Source: Bdellovibrionales bacterium
GTDB taxonomy: Bacteria; Bdellovibrionota; Bdellovibrionia; Bdellovibrionales; UBA1609
NCBI GenBank assembly: GCA_965205945.1
Contig: CBDBIB010000003.1
Span: 672,394 to 736,393 of the forward strand
Reading direction: 5' to 3'
Length of the DNA: 64,000 nucleotides
Positions 61,057-64,000 of this stretch are shown here, one piece after another. The stretch's first letter is position 1. Every line of letters starts with the position of its first letter. Below the pieces are notes generated by a model. It did not search any database. It was not told the origin of the DNA and saw only the letters and a list, made by a program, of their open reading frames with translations. The position numbers were made by a program, and so were the translations under genes.

Positions 61057-61077
61057 AATATTAATCTAGGAGCTTTG

Positions 61078-61590
61078 ATGTCTCAAAGCATAGGCAAAAG
61101 AGGGACCCCAAAAGCCTCCAGTGTGATAATGACAGAGCTTGTTTTGCCCTACCACACAAACTCTTTAAATAGTGTCTTTGGTGGTACGATCATGTCTTGG
61201 GTTGATATAGCAGCTGCTATATCTGCGGGAAAGCACTGTAAGAAAGATGTTGTGACAGCTAGTATAGACGCCCTACACTTTATTACCCCGGCATATGTTG
61301 GTTGGGTTGTTGAAGTTTATGCACGGGTTAATTATGTTTTTAAAACTTCAGTTGAAGTAGGTGTCAGAGTGGAGTCTATAGCTCCTAAAGCTGGAAGACG
61401 AGTTCATACAGCATCAGCTTATCTAACATTTGTAGCATTGGATGACTTAGGTAAGGCTACGCTTGCCCCAGAATTAAAACTTGAAACAGAGGAAGATAAA
61501 AAAAGAGCTCAAAAAGCAGTTGCTCGTAGAGAGTATAGAATACTTCAAAAACAAGAAATTTTAAAAAAGAATAGGTTTTTAGTAGAATAA
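61078..61590 (+). CDS. Acyl-CoA thioesterase (hotdog fold, YciA-like)
   Basis: P.HTN....FGG..M.W.D, VVTAS.D, S.EVGV.V, AYLTFVALD. Confidence 0.9.
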   Translation: MSQSIGKRGTPKASSVIMTELVLPYHTNSLNSVFGGTIMSWVDIAAAISAGKHCKKDVVTASIDALHFITPAYVGWVVEVYARVNYVFKTSVEVGVRVESIAPKAGRRVHTASAYLTFVALDDLGKATLAPELKLETEEDKKRAQKAVARREYRILQKQEILKKNRFLVE

Positions 61591-61600
61591 AAATCTTTCC

Positions 61601-61662
61601 AAGTTATTGTACATGAGTGTTTAACCTAGATTAAAGGTTTAAAAAATCATATGTAACAATGC
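61601..61662. repeat. Dispersed repeat, copy 3 (short, with imperfect terminal inverted repeats)
   Basis: GTTATTGTACATGAGTGTTTAACCTAGATTAAAGGTTTAAAAAA then TCATATGTAACAATGC, whose reverse complement matches GCGTTGTTGCACATGA at 13/16. Confidence 0.75.
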
Positions 61663-61686
61663 TTTTAAAAAGTGCATACCCAGGTA

Positions 61687-62691
61687 TTATATAAAATCTA
61701 TAAAGGATTTATGAATAGTAGAAGAAGCTGATTGAAGTAGTTTTTCTATAAGTTTTTTCTTCTCTTCATGCTCAAGAAGAAAGATTTCATGGGTTTTATT
61801 AAGGTTTAAAAGATAATCTTCACTTGTTTTAATCTCATCAATAAGGCCTAAGTTTACAGCGTCTTCACCAAACCAATATTCACCAGTGCCAATTTTTTCC
61901 ATATCAAGATTTGGTCTGTATTTATTTACAAACTTTTTAAATAAATTATGAATTTGTTCAAGTTGATCTATAAATTTTTCTCGTCCTTCTTGGGTATTTT
62001 CTCCAAACATAGTTAAAGTACGTTTGTATTTACCAGCTGTTAGAACGTCATAGTCGATGTTATTCTTTTTTAAAAGCTTATTAAAGTTTGGCATTCCAGC
62101 AACAACTCCAATGGAACCTACTATAGCAAAAGGAGCTGCAATGATTTTATTTGCAACACAAGACATCAGGTAGCCACCACTTGCAGCTACTTTGTCAACA
62201 GCAACAGTAAGGTTTAAATTTGCATCTCTAAGTCTTGAAAGTTCGGAAGCAGCTAGTCCGTAGCCAGAAACCATGCCCCCAGGGCTTTCTAGTCTTATAA
62301 GAACATTATCTTTTAAAGGATCTGCAAGATTTATAACTTGTGTTACACATTTTCTTAAAGATTCAGCTGCAGAAGCCTTAATATCACCATTAAAATCAAG
62401 GATAAAAAGTTTTTTATTTTTCTTATTTTTAAATTTCTTTTCGTTTTTTTGTTCAGTTTTAAAAAGCTTTTTAGCGCTCTTATCTGAAAGCATGTCTTTA
62501 TTAAGCTCTTTTCTAAGTTGAGAGGTTACTTTCTTTATACTCTTAGACAAATTAGTAAGCTTAAAATTCTTTTCAGTAAGCTTACCTTTTAAGGCTAAAC
62601 TTGTAAGAACACTTGCAATTATAATGATTGCTGTAACAATAATAATGGCTTTAGCTAAAAAAACAGCTAAATCTAGTAAAATTTCAAGCAT
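61687..62691 (-). CDS. sohB: S49-family protease SohB
   Basis: F.GDIKAS, LESPGG.V.GYGLAAS, DKVAASGGY.M, GSIGVV, TAG.YKRTLT. Confidence 0.93.
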   Translation of the reverse strand: MLEILLDLAVFLAKAIIIVTAIIIIASVLTSLALKGKLTEKNFKLTNLSKSIKKVTSQLRKELNKDMLSDKSAKKLFKTEQKNEKKFKNKKNKKLFILDFNGDIKASAAESLRKCVTQVINLADPLKDNVLIRLESPGGMVSGYGLAASELSRLRDANLNLTVAVDKVAASGGYLMSCVANKIIAAPFAIVGSIGVVAGMPNFNKLLKKNNIDYDVLTAGKYKRTLTMFGENTQEGREKFIDQLEQIHNLFKKFVNKYRPNLDMEKIGTGEYWFGEDAVNLGLIDEIKTSEDYLLNLNKTHEIFLLEHEEKKKLIEKLLQSASSTIHKSFIDFI

Positions 62692-62773
62692 ATAAGCTCC
62701 TTTAGTATGGACAAAAGTGGATCAAAATTACCATTAGGCTGGAATCAAAACAAGGTTTGATGTAATATAGGCT

Positions 62774-63187
62774 ATGTTAAGAGTACAAAGTTTTTTCTAT
62801 GTATTTTTTTTCTGTCTATGTTTTCCGCAAAATTCGTGGTCTATTCATTTTGATTTTTATAAACAAAAACAGAAAAAAAAAGAGCTTAAGCTAGAGCGAG
62901 AGTATGGGGCTAAAGCAAAAATAAAAAATAGAAAGAAAACAATTAAGGTGAAAGAAAAAAATAGAGAGGCTTATTCAAAAAAACGTTTAAAAATGACTAA
63001 AGAAAAGACATCTAGAGAAAAGATGTTTAATAAAGATTTAGCTAAAAAAGAAAAGTATAAGAACCTTAAAGTTCATCAAGCAAATGAATATGCAAAAAAA
63101 AGAAGGAGAAAAAAAAATAACTTAAGCTGGAAAGAGCAAAATCTTGAATATGGAATAATTCTTCCAAAACAATCTGACAAGAATTAG
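62774..63187 (+). CDS. Lys-rich secreted hypothetical protein
   Basis: Signal-like N-terminus then a very basic coiled-coil; fits exactly between its neighbours. Confidence 0.5.
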   Translation: MLRVQSFFYVFFFCLCFPQNSWSIHFDFYKQKQKKKELKLEREYGAKAKIKNRKKTIKVKEKNREAYSKKRLKMTKEKTSREKMFNKDLAKKEKYKNLKVHQANEYAKKRRRKKNNLSWKEQNLEYGIILPKQSDKN

Positions 63188-63188
63188 C

Positions 63189-63893
63189 TTATTGTTTAAT
63201 GAGTTCTTCTTGGCTTAGGCCTGTGTGTTTTTTTAAGTCTTTAAAGAGCTGAAAGAGTGTAAAAGCTAAAAAGATCATCATAGGAAGTCCAATTGCAACC
63301 ATACCAAGCCATGTCATTTGAGAGATTTGACTGTTTAAAATAATAGCCTTGTCTTCATCTGATGCTTTTAAAGGAGCAGGGGAAAATATATATAAGGCTA
63401 GGACAAAATTTAAAATTGAGCTTAAAAAAAATGAGGCAGCAAAAAAGTTGTTAGCCTTAATATATGAGTTATGAACTTGTGTGGTTTTATTTTGTTCAAA
63501 AGCTTTTGCTTCAATAAGATCCATTTTTAAAAAACCACTCATAGATATAAAAGTTTTAAAAAATGGTTTATTCTTTATAGTGGAAATATAAACACCAATT
63601 CCAAGTATTGCAGGCATAGCAGCTTCTTTTATTGCAAACCAAAACCCATCTAGTTGAAATACTGCCAGTAGTCCTGTTATAAGAGTGTTTGCAATTCCTA
63701 ATATAGAAAAATAATTTGTTTTAGAATTTTTAAAAAAATCCCATAAACCGTAAGTTAAAGGAAATATAAGCGCAGCTAAAAGAGCCCAAAAAGCCTTATT
63801 CTCTCCAGGAAAAAGGCTTGTTTTGTTTAAGATAAATACTGGTATAAGGATATTTGCTAATAGATTTATAAGGGGGTTTTCTTTTTTTTGCAT
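63189..63893 (-). CDS. Multi-pass membrane protein (VC0807 / IspA-like)
   Basis: N.L.NI.IP..IL.K, W.AIKEAA.P, SF..S..LNF.LA. Confidence 0.7.
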   Translation of the reverse strand: MQKKENPLINLLANILIPVFILNKTSLFPGENKAFWALLAALIFPLTYGLWDFFKNSKTNYFSILGIANTLITGLLAVFQLDGFWFAIKEAAMPAILGIGVYISTIKNKPFFKTFISMSGFLKMDLIEAKAFEQNKTTQVHNSYIKANNFFAASFFLSSILNFVLALYIFSPAPLKASDEDKAIILNSQISQMTWLGMVAIGLPMMIFLAFTLFQLFKDLKKHTGLSQEELIKQ

Positions 63894-64000
63894 AAGAGGT
63901 TTAAAATCTCAAAAAAAAACAAGACCTGCAATCTAAAAAGGATTTATTTTAAAGCTCAATCTTCTTGCATAAGGCGGTTAAAACTTTAAACAAAAAATAT

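Noticed and set aside
572..61662. Dispersed repeat copies as CRISPR repeats or tRNA fragments
   Set aside because: Copies are isolated, tens of kb apart, and show no cloverleaf or T-loop motif
1050..62521. Many short ORFs antisense to or overlapping real genes (e.g. 2464-2724, 8941-9177, 12834-13070, 25142-25477, 27543-27815, 56616-56945)
   Set aside because: Shadow ORFs of well-conserved genes with no motifs of their own
1..64000. Alternative genetic code (TGA recoding) given the low GC
   Set aside because: Conserved genes such as rpsJ, secY and carB end at TGA in the expected places and use TGG for Trp

Overview
AT-rich bacterial chromosome segment (roughly 30-33% GC by eye, G>C skew on the + strand, standard code 11). 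The RpoA N-terminus ([13 protein letters not shown]), the pilH/I-pilD-pilMNOPQ block, a Tad-domain protein and a solo LuxR-HTH protein suggest Bdellovibrionota or another deltaproteobacterial-type lineage; this is an inference. Most of the window is housekeeping: mutY, alaS, pgpA-cinA-recA, fadIJ, maeB, pyrB-carA-carB, type IVa pilus genes, rarA, the S10-spc-alpha ribosomal protein cluster, mutS and sohB. The best candidate for an undescribed system is a tightly coupled operon at about 2.98-7.8 kb: a ureohydrolase, an ATP-grasp ligase fused to a cysteine dioxygenase domain, a CSAD-like PLP decarboxylase and an M14 peptidase. It reads as (hypo)taurine synthesis coupled to amide ligation. Other notable items are a dispersed MITE-like repeat (3 copies), a doubly frameshifted IS5 element with a 29-bp tandem duplication at its end, two Cys/Gly-rich secreted proteins sharing a C-terminal motif next to a TadG-like gene, absence of rplX, rpsN and rpsD from their usual operon positions, and a 16-bp palindrome in front of the LuxR gene. 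No rRNA, tRNA or CRISPR array was seen.
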